IMG/VR virus record: IMGVR_UViG_3300023283_000263 | Location: 13,760-77,759 of that record | Source: a virus | Lineage: Duplodnaviria > Caudoviricetes | Length of the DNA: 64,000 nt | Direction: 5' to 3' (one strand) | Shown: piece by piece, positions 36,228 through 45,454 of the stretch | Numbering within the stretch: the first letter of the stretch is position 1 | How the letters are laid out: every line of letters begins with the position of its first letter | Notes under the pieces: model-generated | The model's input: only the letters and a program-made list of their open reading frames with translations | Told to the model about the DNA's origin: nothing | Database searches by the model: none | Translations under genes and position numbers: made by a program

Positions 36228-37778
36228 ATGAATCCCTGCTGCCCTCGATGCCGCAGCGCTTCCACGAACGCGCACCAGCGCAGAGGACCGCGGACGCGGT
36301 ACATGTGCGGCGCTTGCGGCAAGACCTTCACGGACGACGCGACTTCGTACTACGCCGAGCCCGAGTTTCTGAGAGACGAGCAGGAAGTCGAGCGCTTGGC
36401 GTCCCGCGACGTGTACCTCGTCACGTCGGCGCAGAACAACACGCCGCTGGATCGCGCTGCTTGGGGGGCTCTCCTGGAGTACCGGGAGTGGCTCGACGCC
36501 GAGCTGGTGGTCGTCCCGTCGCGGTACCGCAACCCGACGTCCCCCGCCGAGTCGAAGGCCGAGGACGACGAGGTGTGGTGGCCGGCGGAGGTGCAGCCCT
36601 ACCTGGTCGATAACCTCGTCCCGATCCACGAGCACCTTTGGATCATGGGGCACGTCCGCATCCGCCCGACGGCGTTCCACCCGCTCTCTGGGCTGGAGCC
36701 GCTTAGTCGCGGCGCCTCGGCGATCTTCGGACACCCCCAGATCGCGATGCAGACCGTCGCGACGCCGCAGCACCGGCTCCCGAAGATGCTCCACACCACC
36801 GGGTCGGTGAGCCGCAAGAACTACAGCATCTCGAAAGAGGGGGTGAAGGGCGACTTCCACCATTCGCCCGGCTTCCTGGTGGTCGAGAAGGACGGGCCGC
36901 GCTTCCACCTCCGGAGCTGCGTCGGCACCGAGAGGGGCGTGTTCTACGACCTGGACCGCAAGATCACCCGCCGCGGCGTGACGACCGGCCACCGAGCAGA
37001 GGGCCTCGTTCTCGGGGACGCGCACGCCTGGTTCATGGACCCGGGCGTCCGGGCCGCGACGTTCGAAGGACCCGAGAGCCTCGTCGGCCTCACGCGGCCG
37101 AAGCGACTGGTCTGGCACGACGTCTTCGACGGGTTCTCGTGTTCGCCGCATCACCGGCGCGACCATGTCGCGAGGTTCGCGAAACACCACGCGAGCATGA
37201 ACGTCGTCGAGCAGGAGCTGCGCGACACGCTGGCGCTCCTCGTGGATTGCACGCCGAGCGGAACTGAGAGCGTCGTCGTGCCGTCGAACCACCACGACTT
37301 CCTTCGCCGGTGGCTCCTGAACGCGGACCCGAAAGACGAGCCTTGGAACGCGCTCCTCTACCACGAGCTGATGCACGCCGTCTTGAAGCGCGCGCAGGTC
37401 ACGGGCCGCGGCGTCGAGTACCCCGACCCGTTCGGGCTCTGGGCGAGCGCTCGCGCTCCCGAGAACCTTCGCTTCTTGGAGTACGACGAGAGCCTCCAGA
37501 TCGAGGGCATCGAAGTGAGCTTCCACGGGCACGTCGGCCCGGGCGGGGCGCGGGGATCGATCCGCTCGATGTCGAAGATCGGCGTCCGCGTCGTCATCGG
37601 CCACCGGCACGTTCCGGGGATCGACCACGGAGCATACCAGGTCGGGACGATGGGGCCTCTCAGACCCGACTACACGGCGGGGAGTCCGACGGGGACCCTG
37701 CATACCCATTGCTTGATCAGTCCGACCGGCAAGCGCCAGCTCGTGAGCTTCATCGACGCTAGGTTCAGGAGAACTTGA
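36228..37778 (+). CDS. Zn-ribbon plus metallophosphoesterase-like protein (T5 A1-like)
   Basis: CPRC...CGAC; VTSAQNNT; GDAH, HDVFDG, SNHHD, HGH, GHRH metallophosphoesterase motifs. Confidence 0.7.
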   Translation: MNPCCPRCRSASTNAHQRRGPRTRYMCGACGKTFTDDATSYYAEPEFLRDEQEVERLASRDVYLVTSAQNNTPLDRAAWGALLEYREWLDAELVVVPSRYRNPTSPAESKAEDDEVWWPAEVQPYLVDNLVPIHEHLWIMGHVRIRPTAFHPLSGLEPLSRGASAIFGHPQIAMQTVATPQHRLPKMLHTTGSVSRKNYSISKEGVKGDFHHSPGFLVVEKDGPRFHLRSCVGTERGVFYDLDRKITRRGVTTGHRAEGLVLGDAHAWFMDPGVRAATFEGPESLVGLTRPKRLVWHDVFDGFSCSPHHRRDHVARFAKHHASMNVVEQELRDTLALLVDCTPSGTESVVVPSNHHDFLRRWLLNADPKDEPWNALLYHELMHAVLKRAQVTGRGVEYPDPFGLWASARAPENLRFLEYDESLQIEGIEVSFHGHVGPGGARGSIRSMSKIGVRVVIGHRHVPGIDHGAYQVGTMGPLRPDYTAGSPTGTLHTHCLISPTGKRQLVSFIDARFRRT

Positions 37779-37782
37779 CCGC

Positions 37783-38382
37783 GTGGCGCACTACTCCGCC
37801 GACCTCCTCGACGTCCTCTTCGCCTACGGTCTCGACGTCCGGGCGCGGCGCGTCTATTTGCACGGGCCGCTCGACGTAGCGGGCGAGGAGAGGTCGGACG
37901 AGAACGGCAGAAGGCGCGCCGACTGCGTCGTCCGCGGTCTCCAGTACCTCGACAAGACGAGCGGAGAGATCGACCTATGGATCTGCACGCCTGGCGGGGA
38001 CGTGTCGGATTCGTTCGCCATCTACGACGCGATCAGGTTGTGCCGCAACCGCGTCCGGGTGGTCGCCTTCGGCGAGGTCTGCTCCGCCGGTATCCTCGTC
38101 CTCGTGGCGGGCGACCACCGCGCGGCGGCGGAGAACTCGTGGGCCATGACCCACGCCCCTACCTCGTCGATCGGGGACGCCGACCACTGGACGGCGGAGC
38201 AGCGTCTGGCGATCGAGCGCCGGCAGGTCCGGCGCTGGGCGGACTTGATGGGCAAGCGGACGAAGCGGAAGGCCGACTGGTGGTTGTCTCTTCACCGGGG
38301 CGAGGTCCGCGAGCTGTGGCTCTCCGCTCGTCAGATGCGCCAGTACGGCGTCGTCGACGAGGTCCTAGTCGGCGAGGAGTGA
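37783..38382 (+). CDS. ClpP-like protease
   Basis: RRVYLHG, ICTPGGDV, AIYDAI, GEVCSAG (catalytic Ser), AMTH (His). Confidence 0.85.
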   Translation: MAHYSADLLDVLFAYGLDVRARRVYLHGPLDVAGEERSDENGRRRADCVVRGLQYLDKTSGEIDLWICTPGGDVSDSFAIYDAIRLCRNRVRVVAFGEVCSAGILVLVAGDHRAAAENSWAMTHAPTSSIGDADHWTAEQRLAIERRQVRRWADLMGKRTKRKADWWLSLHRGEVRELWLSARQMRQYGVVDEVLVGEE

Positions 38383-38452
38383 GGCGGGCGCGACCCCGGG
38401 GTCGCGGATCCGAGGTGGCCGCCCCGAGGGGCCCGGTCTATCCTCCATCAAC

Positions 38453-39955
38453 GTGGCGGAGAAGCAAGACGGACCGCTGTCCGGGGAGGACCTGCGCGAG
38501 GACGGCGGGGTCCTGCAACCCGAGCAAGGAGGGGGCGTGGCGGTAGAGCGATGCCGGAAAGACGGCGAGGCCGGCTACCGGGCGATGCCAGGCGGCCGGT
38601 GCATCACTGGGCCGAACGCGAAGCGGCGGGCGGAAGCCGTCGCGGCGGCCATGCGCGCCAAGGCGGATCTGGCGCTCGCGGACGTCGAGGACGCGGTCCT
38701 CGGGCTGACCGACGAGCAGATCGAGCTGCTCTGGCCCGCCGCGAAGCAGGACCTGACCCCCCGGAGCGGCGAGAGCACCGACGACTTCGTCTCGCGCTGC
38801 ATCGAGGCTGAGGTCGAAGCCGGTCGGCCGCAGGATCAGGCCGCGGCCATCTGCTTCGATAAGGCGCGCCGCGCGGGTCGAGACGCGCCGGAAAAGTCCG
38901 CCGCAGAGAGGCGAGACGCCGACAACTTCTTCGTCATCGAGGACGGGGTCGCGAAGGACCTCGGGAACGATCGCCCCGAGGGGGCCAAGCCTCTGGGTGA
39001 CCGAGAGGTCATCTTCGCGCTGATCTCGGAGAAGGGCGGCTCGAACACCGCGCGGAGCCTGGGCGACGTCAGCAGGTCCGAGGCGCTGGAGACGGCGGCG
39101 AACGCCGCGGACCGAGACCCGAACGCGAAGGTATTCGTCGGCAAGGCCGTCGGCCGCTTCGAGGGTCAGACGCTCTTCCAGGACATCGCGCAGTTCCGCG
39201 GGGAGAAGAAGGACGAGCCGAGCGACGATCGACTCCACCCGCGCTGGATCGAGAAGTCGGACTGGATCAAGAAGGCCGACGAGGAGCTGCAGATCGTCTG
39301 GGGGGAGGTCTACGTCCCGGATTTCCCCGACTCGCAGGGCGACATGATGTCGGCCCAGGAGGTGCGCAAGATCGCTCACAAGTTCCTGGCGGACGGCAGG
39401 ACTCGGCAGATCGACGTCAACCACGACAACCAGGTCCGCAAGGGGTGCGCCGTGGTCGAGTCGTTCGTCGCCAGGCCTGGGGACCCCGATTTCATCGCCG
39501 GAGCCTGGGTCGCCGGCGTCCACGTCGGGGACCGCGGTCTCTGGGAAGCCATCAAGGCCGGCGACTTCAACGGGTTCTCGATGCAGGCGCGGGTGATGGT
39601 CACGGAGAAGATCGTCGAGCTGGACCTGCCGGTCGACATCGAGGGCGAGACCGAGGAGGCGCTGGACGACGGCGGGGGCGGGCTGCACGCGCACCGCTTC
39701 ACCGTGCGGATCGACGAGGACGGGCAGATCGCCGGCGGCCGGACGAGCGTCGAGCTGGGGCACTGGCACTCGATTCTCCGCGGCAGCGTGACCAGCACGA
39801 GCATCGCCGAGGGTCAGGTCGCGCCGCGCGACGGGACCCACCGCCACCGCTACTCGTTCCTCGACCGGCTCTTCCCCGACCTGGCGCCGCGGGTCTCGGA
39901 CGCGGATCTGGACCCCCCGATCGAGTCGACGGAGGGCGAGGAGGTGGCGGGCTAG
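38453..39955 (+). CDS. XkdF-like prohead serine protease with N- and C-terminal extensions
   Basis: KADEELQIVWGEVYVP, DSQGD, IDVNHD, VVESF, LWEAIKAGDFNGFSM. Confidence 0.8.
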   Translation: MAEKQDGPLSGEDLREDGGVLQPEQGGGVAVERCRKDGEAGYRAMPGGRCITGPNAKRRAEAVAAAMRAKADLALADVEDAVLGLTDEQIELLWPAAKQDLTPRSGESTDDFVSRCIEAEVEAGRPQDQAAAICFDKARRAGRDAPEKSAAERRDADNFFVIEDGVAKDLGNDRPEGAKPLGDREVIFALISEKGGSNTARSLGDVSRSEALETAANAADRDPNAKVFVGKAVGRFEGQTLFQDIAQFRGEKKDEPSDDRLHPRWIEKSDWIKKADEELQIVWGEVYVPDFPDSQGDMMSAQEVRKIAHKFLADGRTRQIDVNHDNQVRKGCAVVESFVARPGDPDFIAGAWVAGVHVGDRGLWEAIKAGDFNGFSMQARVMVTEKIVELDLPVDIEGETEEALDDGGGGLHAHRFTVRIDEDGQIAGGRTSVELGHWHSILRGSVTSTSIAEGQVAPRDGTHRHRYSFLDRLFPDLAPRVSDADLDPPIESTEGEEVAG

Positions 39956-39991
39956 CAGCTCGTCGCGTATTCTGCGTATTCGGGGGGTCGA

Positions 39992-41647
39992 ATGGCTCGA
40001 CGCAAGCTCAAGGTGAACATGCTGGAGGACGGCGACTGCCGTTTCCTCTCGCTTGTCCCCACGGGGGCAAACCGCGCGCCTTTTCGGAAGTTCGCCGCCG
40101 AGGGGCGCCCGCTGGAGCCGCTCGGCCCCGGCGTGCCGCGCGACTTTGCCGAGGTGTTCCGGCAGGACGAGCCGACGAAGACCGTCGACGGCGTCCCGGG
40201 CTTCCCGGCCGAGGCGTTCGCCGTCGTGCCGGACCCGGAGAAGGTGTCGACCTGGAAGCTGCCGCTCTTCGATCGCCCGGAAGACGTGCCGGACGAGCCG
40301 TCCGTGCGGCGGACCGCCGCCGCGGCGCAGGCTCTGGAGCCGGAAGGGTTCCGGGGGAGGCAGGTCGAGATCCCGGAGGGGGTCTCTCGGGCGGCGGTGA
40401 AGCGCCGCGTGCTTCGGGCCTGGCTAGCGGCTCGCCCGGATGCTACCCGTAGGGACGCGCCCGACGTTCTGAAGTCGGAGGGGGGACTGGACATGATCGA
40501 CATGGGCAAGGTCTTCGTGCGGGAGGAGCGCCGGAAGCAGGCGCCGCCCGCTAGCGCGGCGACGGCCCCGAGCGGCACGCGCCCCGCGGACGAGAGCATC
40601 GAGCAGGACCCGGTGTCCGAGGGCAAGGGCACGCGGCAGCGGACCGCCGCGAGCGTGGCCGATGTCCTCCGCAGCGAGACGCTGGCCGTCGCCGTGGCGA
40701 ACGAGGTCGACCTGGAGGCCGCGAAGGCCGCGATCCAGGAGGCCGGCCTCAGCGTCGACGACGCCCGAGAGGTGGAGGGCGCGACCCTCTTCGTCCAGGG
40801 CGCCGCCGAGGGGGCGGATCTGGCCGAGGACGGTCAGACCTACAAGCTGAACGACGAGATCGCTGTCATCTTCCGGGCCGAGGAGCGGATCAAGCAGTTC
40901 GTCCCGGAAGGCGGGACGACCTCGTTCACCGAGAACCTGCGCGCCAAGTCGTTCTTCCCGTCCTTCATGTCGGCCCAGGACGCCCTCGGCGAGACCATCG
41001 TGCTGGCTCTCCGGGAGTCGGAGTCGCCGGAGGACGCGGCCGAGATCATCGAGAAGGCCGTCGACGAGTTCGGCGACACGGTGCTCTCGATGACGAGGGG
41101 CCTGCCGGCCGACGCCTTCAAGCTGGAGGCCGTCGTCCGCGGCAAGTCCTTCGCCAAGGAGCGCGACCCCGGGGTCGCGGCCGGCGAGGCGGAGTCGGAG
41201 GGCGACGCGAAGGGGAGCGAGGCGCAGAAGCAGGAGGCGCCCGAACCCAGGTCCGGGGAGTCCAGGACGGACTTCATCGGTCGCTGCCGAGAGGCCGGCG
41301 CCTCGTTCGGGGACTGCTCTGAGAAGTTCGAGCAGGCGCAGAAGTCCGAGGCGACCAACGAGCCGCCCGCGTGGGCCGCGAAGCTGCAGGAGTCCGTCGA
41401 CGGGCTCGGGGAGCGGCTGGGCGCGGTCGAGAAGCAGGCGAAGGACGCCGTCGACAGGAGCAAGACCGTCGAGAAGGCGATGAAGGGGCGGGTCACGGGC
41501 GAGCCCGAGGCCGATCCGGAGCCGAGCGACGAGGAGGAGAACGAGCGGACGGCCCGGGGGAACCGGCTGCGACGGCGCAAGAGCGCCGGCGAGCCGCCGC
41601 TTCTGGACACCGCTACTCGGCGGTTCGCGGAGAACCGCATCGCGTAG
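39992..41647 (+). CDS. Probable capsid scaffolding protein
   Basis: Lies between protease and capsid; acidic, coiled-coil C-terminus. Confidence 0.65.
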   Translation: MARRKLKVNMLEDGDCRFLSLVPTGANRAPFRKFAAEGRPLEPLGPGVPRDFAEVFRQDEPTKTVDGVPGFPAEAFAVVPDPEKVSTWKLPLFDRPEDVPDEPSVRRTAAAAQALEPEGFRGRQVEIPEGVSRAAVKRRVLRAWLAARPDATRRDAPDVLKSEGGLDMIDMGKVFVREERRKQAPPASAATAPSGTRPADESIEQDPVSEGKGTRQRTAASVADVLRSETLAVAVANEVDLEAAKAAIQEAGLSVDDAREVEGATLFVQGAAEGADLAEDGQTYKLNDEIAVIFRAEERIKQFVPEGGTTSFTENLRAKSFFPSFMSAQDALGETIVLALRESESPEDAAEIIEKAVDEFGDTVLSMTRGLPADAFKLEAVVRGKSFAKERDPGVAAGEAESEGDAKGSEAQKQEAPEPRSGESRTDFIGRCREAGASFGDCSEKFEQAQKSEATNEPPAWAAKLQESVDGLGERLGAVEKQAKDAVDRSKTVEKAMKGRVTGEPEADPEPSDEEENERTARGNRLRRRKSAGEPPLLDTATRRFAENRIA

Positions 41648-41718
41648 AAGGGCCTCTGGCGGGCTCGCGGGGGCGGGGCTAGTCTAGGGGTCGAGGCCAT
41701 CACCTGGGGGGGTGTGAC

Positions 41719-42738
41719 GTGCCGAAGTCGAACCGAAGCATCATCGAGAAGGCGGACATCGCGGTGTCCGACCTGGTCAGCGACGGCGGCGTGCTGCTCG
41801 CGGAGCAGGCCAACCGCTTCGTCCGGAAGCTGATCAAGGAGCCGACGCTCCTGCGGGACGTGCGGACCGTGGAGATGTCCGCGCCGACTCGCAAGATCAA
41901 CAAGATCCAGTTCAACAAGCGGATCCTGCGCGACGCCGACTCCGGCACCGCGCTGGCGAATACGGCCGTCGACGCGCAGACCGCGTTCGACCCGACCGAC
42001 GCCGGCGAAGGGCAGGCCAGGGCGAAGCCGCTCACCGAGCAGGTGGAGCTGAACACCGTCGAGGTGATCGCTCAGGTCAACATCCCCTACGACGTGATCG
42101 AGGACAACGTCGAGCGCGGCAACGTCGGCGAGCTTCGGGACGTCGGCGGGACGGCGGCCGGAGGGGGCCTGATCGACACGATCCTCCAGCTCATGGCCGA
42201 GCGGGCCGCTCTCGACCTGGAGGAGCTGGCGATCCTCGGCGACACGGCCGTCGGCGCCGCGGACCCGTACCTCGACCTGCAGGACGGGTTCCTGAAGATC
42301 GCGGAGACGAGCGGCAACGTGGCCGACCAGGCCGGGGCGAACGTCTCGAAGGCGACCTTCAAGGACGGCATGAAGACCATGCCGGACCAGTTCCTGCGGA
42401 ACAGGGCGCAGCTCCGCCAGTACGTGTCCGTCGACCAGGAGATCGAGTGGCGCGACAGCCTGGCCGACAAGGCCACGGCGCTCGGCGACACCGCCACGAC
42501 CGGCGACCAGCCGCGCAACGCCTTCGGCGTCCCGGTGGTCCCCGTGTCCCAGATGCCGGACGACCGCGGGCTCTTCACGAACCCGCTGAACCTCATCTGG
42601 GGCATCCAGCGGCAGATGACGCTGGAATGGGACAAGGACATCACGAAGCGGATCCTGATCATCGTCCTCAGCGCCCGGATCGCCCTCCAGGTCGAGGAGG
42701 CCGAGGCGTCGGTGATCTACACGAACCTGGGCGTCTAG
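41719..42738 (+). CDS. Major capsid protein (HK97 fold, XkdG-like)
   Basis: GGVLLAEQANRFV, AERAALDLEELAILGD, FGVPVVPVSQMP, NPLNLIWGIQRQM. Confidence 0.85.
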   Translation: MPKSNRSIIEKADIAVSDLVSDGGVLLAEQANRFVRKLIKEPTLLRDVRTVEMSAPTRKINKIQFNKRILRDADSGTALANTAVDAQTAFDPTDAGEGQARAKPLTEQVELNTVEVIAQVNIPYDVIEDNVERGNVGELRDVGGTAAGGGLIDTILQLMAERAALDLEELAILGDTAVGAADPYLDLQDGFLKIAETSGNVADQAGANVSKATFKDGMKTMPDQFLRNRAQLRQYVSVDQEIEWRDSLADKATALGDTATTGDQPRNAFGVPVVPVSQMPDDRGLFTNPLNLIWGIQRQMTLEWDKDITKRILIIVLSARIALQVEEAEASVIYTNLGV

Positions 42739-42792
42739 CGAGGCGCTGAGGTGCCGGCCGGCGGCGATCCCGCGGCCGAGTAAGAACGAGGG

Positions 42793-42823
42793 GGCCCCGG
42801 GAGTCGCGCATCCTCCCGGGGCC
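42793..42823 (+). terminator. GC-rich hairpin after the capsid gene (possible terminator)
   Basis: GGCCCCGGGAG / CTCCCGGGGCC perfect 11-bp stem; no U-tract. Confidence 0.35.
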
Positions 42824-42867
42824 TCCGATCACCGCCCGCAGGACGAGGGCGGTCCAGGAGGGGGAAG

Positions 42868-43173
42868 ATGGCATCTGGAAGCACGAACGAGCGAGGGGCG
42901 TCTCCGAAGGACGGCAAGTACGCGGTCCGTCTCCGCTCGAACCCGCGCTACCACTACCGCGGCAAGCTCTACTTCCGCGGTCGCGTCTACAAGGTGTCCC
43001 GCGATCTGCGGGACCACCTCGTCGGCACCGGGTTCTTCGACGACGTGGCGCTCGGGCCCGACGGGAAGCCGCTCGCCGGGCCGCGGCGTCGCCGCATCTC
43101 GCGGCGCCCGCATCTGCGGAACCTGCCGACCGACGTCGGAGACGGGGGCGAGGAAGCCGCCGAGGAGGTCTAG
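42868..43173 (+). CDS. Hypothetical virion-associated protein
   Basis: AGGAGG RBS; position after the capsid gene. Confidence 0.55.
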   Translation: MASGSTNERGASPKDGKYAVRLRSNPRYHYRGKLYFRGRVYKVSRDLRDHLVGTGFFDDVALGPDGKPLAGPRRRRISRRPHLRNLPTDVGDGGEEAAEEV

Positions 43174-43905
43174 GTGCCGAGTCCGCTTCTGGTCGACGTC
43201 GAGTCCGTCCGTAAGCGGGCGTCCCTGCCGGACACCAAGACCGTCCGAGACGCGATCGAGGGGGCAGTCGAGAGCGCGACGCAGGTCGTGCCCGCGGAGC
43301 TTCGGTACGTCGACGTCTCCCGCGCGGACGTCTCCGACGTCTTCTTCGTCGAGCGTTCCCAGGAGTTTCGGACCACCGACCGCCGCTCCGTGCTGCAGTC
43401 TCGGAGGGTCGGCGTCGCCGTGGCCCCGGCGAAGCAGACGAAGCTCTTGCTGTCGAGGGGGTTCGTCGACGAAGGCGCGCAGGCGTTGACGGCGGTCGCG
43501 TCGTTGACCGAGGACGGGCTCACGGCGCAGACGGACGGGTTCGTCGACCTGCGCTCCGTCGACGGCGTCGACCACGTCTCTGTAGAGGCCGAGAGGGGGT
43601 GCCTCCGAGTCAACGACTTCGGGCTGGCCGCCTGCTACGTGCTCGTGACCTACAAGGCCGGCCTCCTCGACGATGAGGGCGAGCCCGCTCTGTTCCAGGG
43701 CGCGCCGAACTGGCTCCGAGAGCTGGTGATCCTGGACGCGCTTCTGTCGCTCCAGCAGAACCCGAGCCTCCGGCGCGAGCAGGTCCCGGAAGACCAGATC
43801 CGCGATCTTCGGCGCCGGCGGGCCGGAATTGCGCTCGACAGGGCGCGGTACTTCCCGATGGCGTGGGCGCCCATCGACGCTTCGGCGACGCCGAGCAGCA
43901 CATGA
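43174..43905 (+). CDS. Probable head-tail connector/adaptor
   Basis: Position; VESVRKRASL ... LVTYKAG ... PNWLRELV pattern. Confidence 0.6.
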   Translation: MPSPLLVDVESVRKRASLPDTKTVRDAIEGAVESATQVVPAELRYVDVSRADVSDVFFVERSQEFRTTDRRSVLQSRRVGVAVAPAKQTKLLLSRGFVDEGAQALTAVASLTEDGLTAQTDGFVDLRSVDGVDHVSVEAERGCLRVNDFGLAACYVLVTYKAGLLDDEGEPALFQGAPNWLRELVILDALLSLQQNPSLRREQVPEDQIRDLRRRRAGIALDRARYFPMAWAPIDASATPSST

Positions 43906-43914
43906 GGAGACGAC

Positions 43915-44592
43915 GTGGCGACTTCCGCGTCGTTCGAGCTGGAGTTCGCGGGGCGGCGCTTCCGGCGCGCAGAGGCCGGGCTCGAAGCGCTCGCGGCGAG
44001 GCTCGACCGAGCGGCGGCCGTCGACATCCCGGCGGCGGCGGAGAAAGCGTTCAAACAGACGCTCGGCGACGTCTCTCGCGCTATGCGCCAGCGCCATTCG
44101 CGGCCGTGGAGGCCGGGGTCCCGCGGGCCCGAGGGCGACAGGACGGGGCGGCTATTCCGTCGAACGGGCGACTCTATAGACCGGCTCGCCCGGAGCGTGC
44201 GCGTTCGCCGGGACGGAGACAGCGTGGAGGCCTCGATCACGCCGCCGTTCCCGTTATCGGTACACGAAACCGGCGCGACGGTCAGGGCTCGCCGCGCGAG
44301 GTTCTTGACCGTGCCTCTCCCGGCGGCGCTGGACTCCAGGGGAGTGCCGCTGCGGGCGCGAGCGCGCGACTGGCCGAACACGTTCGTCATTCATTCGCGT
44401 CGAGGGAACCTGCTGATCGTGCAGCGCGCAGCCGGCGGGGGGATTCGCCCCTTGTTCGTCCTGAAACGGAAGATAGTGATTACCCCGCGCTTGGGGCTGG
44501 AGACTACGATCAACGCGGCGTCTCCGGGGCTCGTGGACCGGCTGTTCGACGAGGCCCTGCGAGCATTCAACGCCGCGACGACGGGGGTCTGA
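43915..44592 (+). CDS. Probable neck / tail-completion protein
   Basis: Position; RRTGDSIDRL, VHETGATV, PRLGL pattern of HK97-gp10-like proteins. Confidence 0.55.
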   Translation: MATSASFELEFAGRRFRRAEAGLEALAARLDRAAAVDIPAAAEKAFKQTLGDVSRAMRQRHSRPWRPGSRGPEGDRTGRLFRRTGDSIDRLARSVRVRRDGDSVEASITPPFPLSVHETGATVRARRARFLTVPLPAALDSRGVPLRARARDWPNTFVIHSRRGNLLIVQRAAGGGIRPLFVLKRKIVITPRLGLETTINAASPGLVDRLFDEALRAFNAATTGV

Positions 44593-44593
44593 G

Positions 44594-45139
44594 GTGCCGA
44601 ATCCGACGCAGCTACCGCTGTCCGCGCGAGAGCTGGCCCTCCAGGCGCTGGAGCGTCTGTTCGACGAGCAAGAGGAGGGGGCAGTCGGCGACGCCGCCGG
44701 GTTCGACTTCTCGTGGGGCGTCGTCCGGCGCCACCCGATCCTGGGGGCTGCGGACCAGGACGCCGAGAACGCGCGCTTCGCGCTCGGGATCGTCGAAGGC
44801 GACGAGCAGGCGGAGCGGCAGGGCCCGGTCAAGCAGATCACGTTCTTCGTGACCTTGGAGTTCCGCACGCTCGCGGAGACCGACGAGGACCCGTCGTCTC
44901 TGGCGAACCAGGTGCTGGAGAACGTGAAGCGCCGGCTGCGATTCGACCCGAAGTTGAAGAACCCGGGCCCGCCGGCGGAGTCCCTCGGGGGGGTCCAGTG
45001 GCCGGGCGTCATCGACGTCGACTGGATCGGCGCCGCCGTGGACCCGGACGGTTTCTTGGACCGCAAGATCGAAGGAAGCGTCGCGGCGAGGATCCGGATG
45101 AAGCATTCCACCGACGACCCGAGGGCCGTCGTGGCGTAG
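44594..45139 (+). CDS. Probable tail terminator
   Basis: Position before the tail tube; acidic alpha/beta composition. Confidence 0.5.
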   Translation: MPNPTQLPLSARELALQALERLFDEQEEGAVGDAAGFDFSWGVVRRHPILGAADQDAENARFALGIVEGDEQAERQGPVKQITFFVTLEFRTLAETDEDPSSLANQVLENVKRRLRFDPKLKNPGPPAESLGGVQWPGVIDVDWIGAAVDPDGFLDRKIEGSVAARIRMKHSTDDPRAVVA

Positions 45140-45184
45140 CCGGGCGGGGGAGGCTATTCTGCGGGCGTCGACGAGGAGAGCGCC

Positions 45185-45418
45185 ATGTCCGAGGGATTCG
45201 TGCCCGGGGAGGCCGAAGCAGCCGCGGAGGACTTCGCCGCTGAGGAAGGCGCGGCGGAGGATCGCTCGGTCGATGACCGCGAGGCGGAGGAGATCGATCC
45301 GCGACCCCGGGGTCGCGAGGACGGGAAGGCGCGAGTCGACGCGCCGCGAGACGTGCCGTCGCGCGCGGGCGTCGGCGGGCAGTTCTACGACGACGGCGAA
45401 GGTCGGCGGCCGGCGTAA
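45185..45418 (+). CDS. Small acidic hypothetical protein
   Basis: GAGGAG RBS. Confidence 0.45.
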   Translation: MSEGFVPGEAEAAAEDFAAEEGAAEDRSVDDREAEEIDPRPRGREDGKARVDAPRDVPSRAGVGGQFYDDGEGRRPA

Positions 45419-45454
45419 GGCCGCGACTTCGCCGCGGTTCGAGGGGGTTGAACC

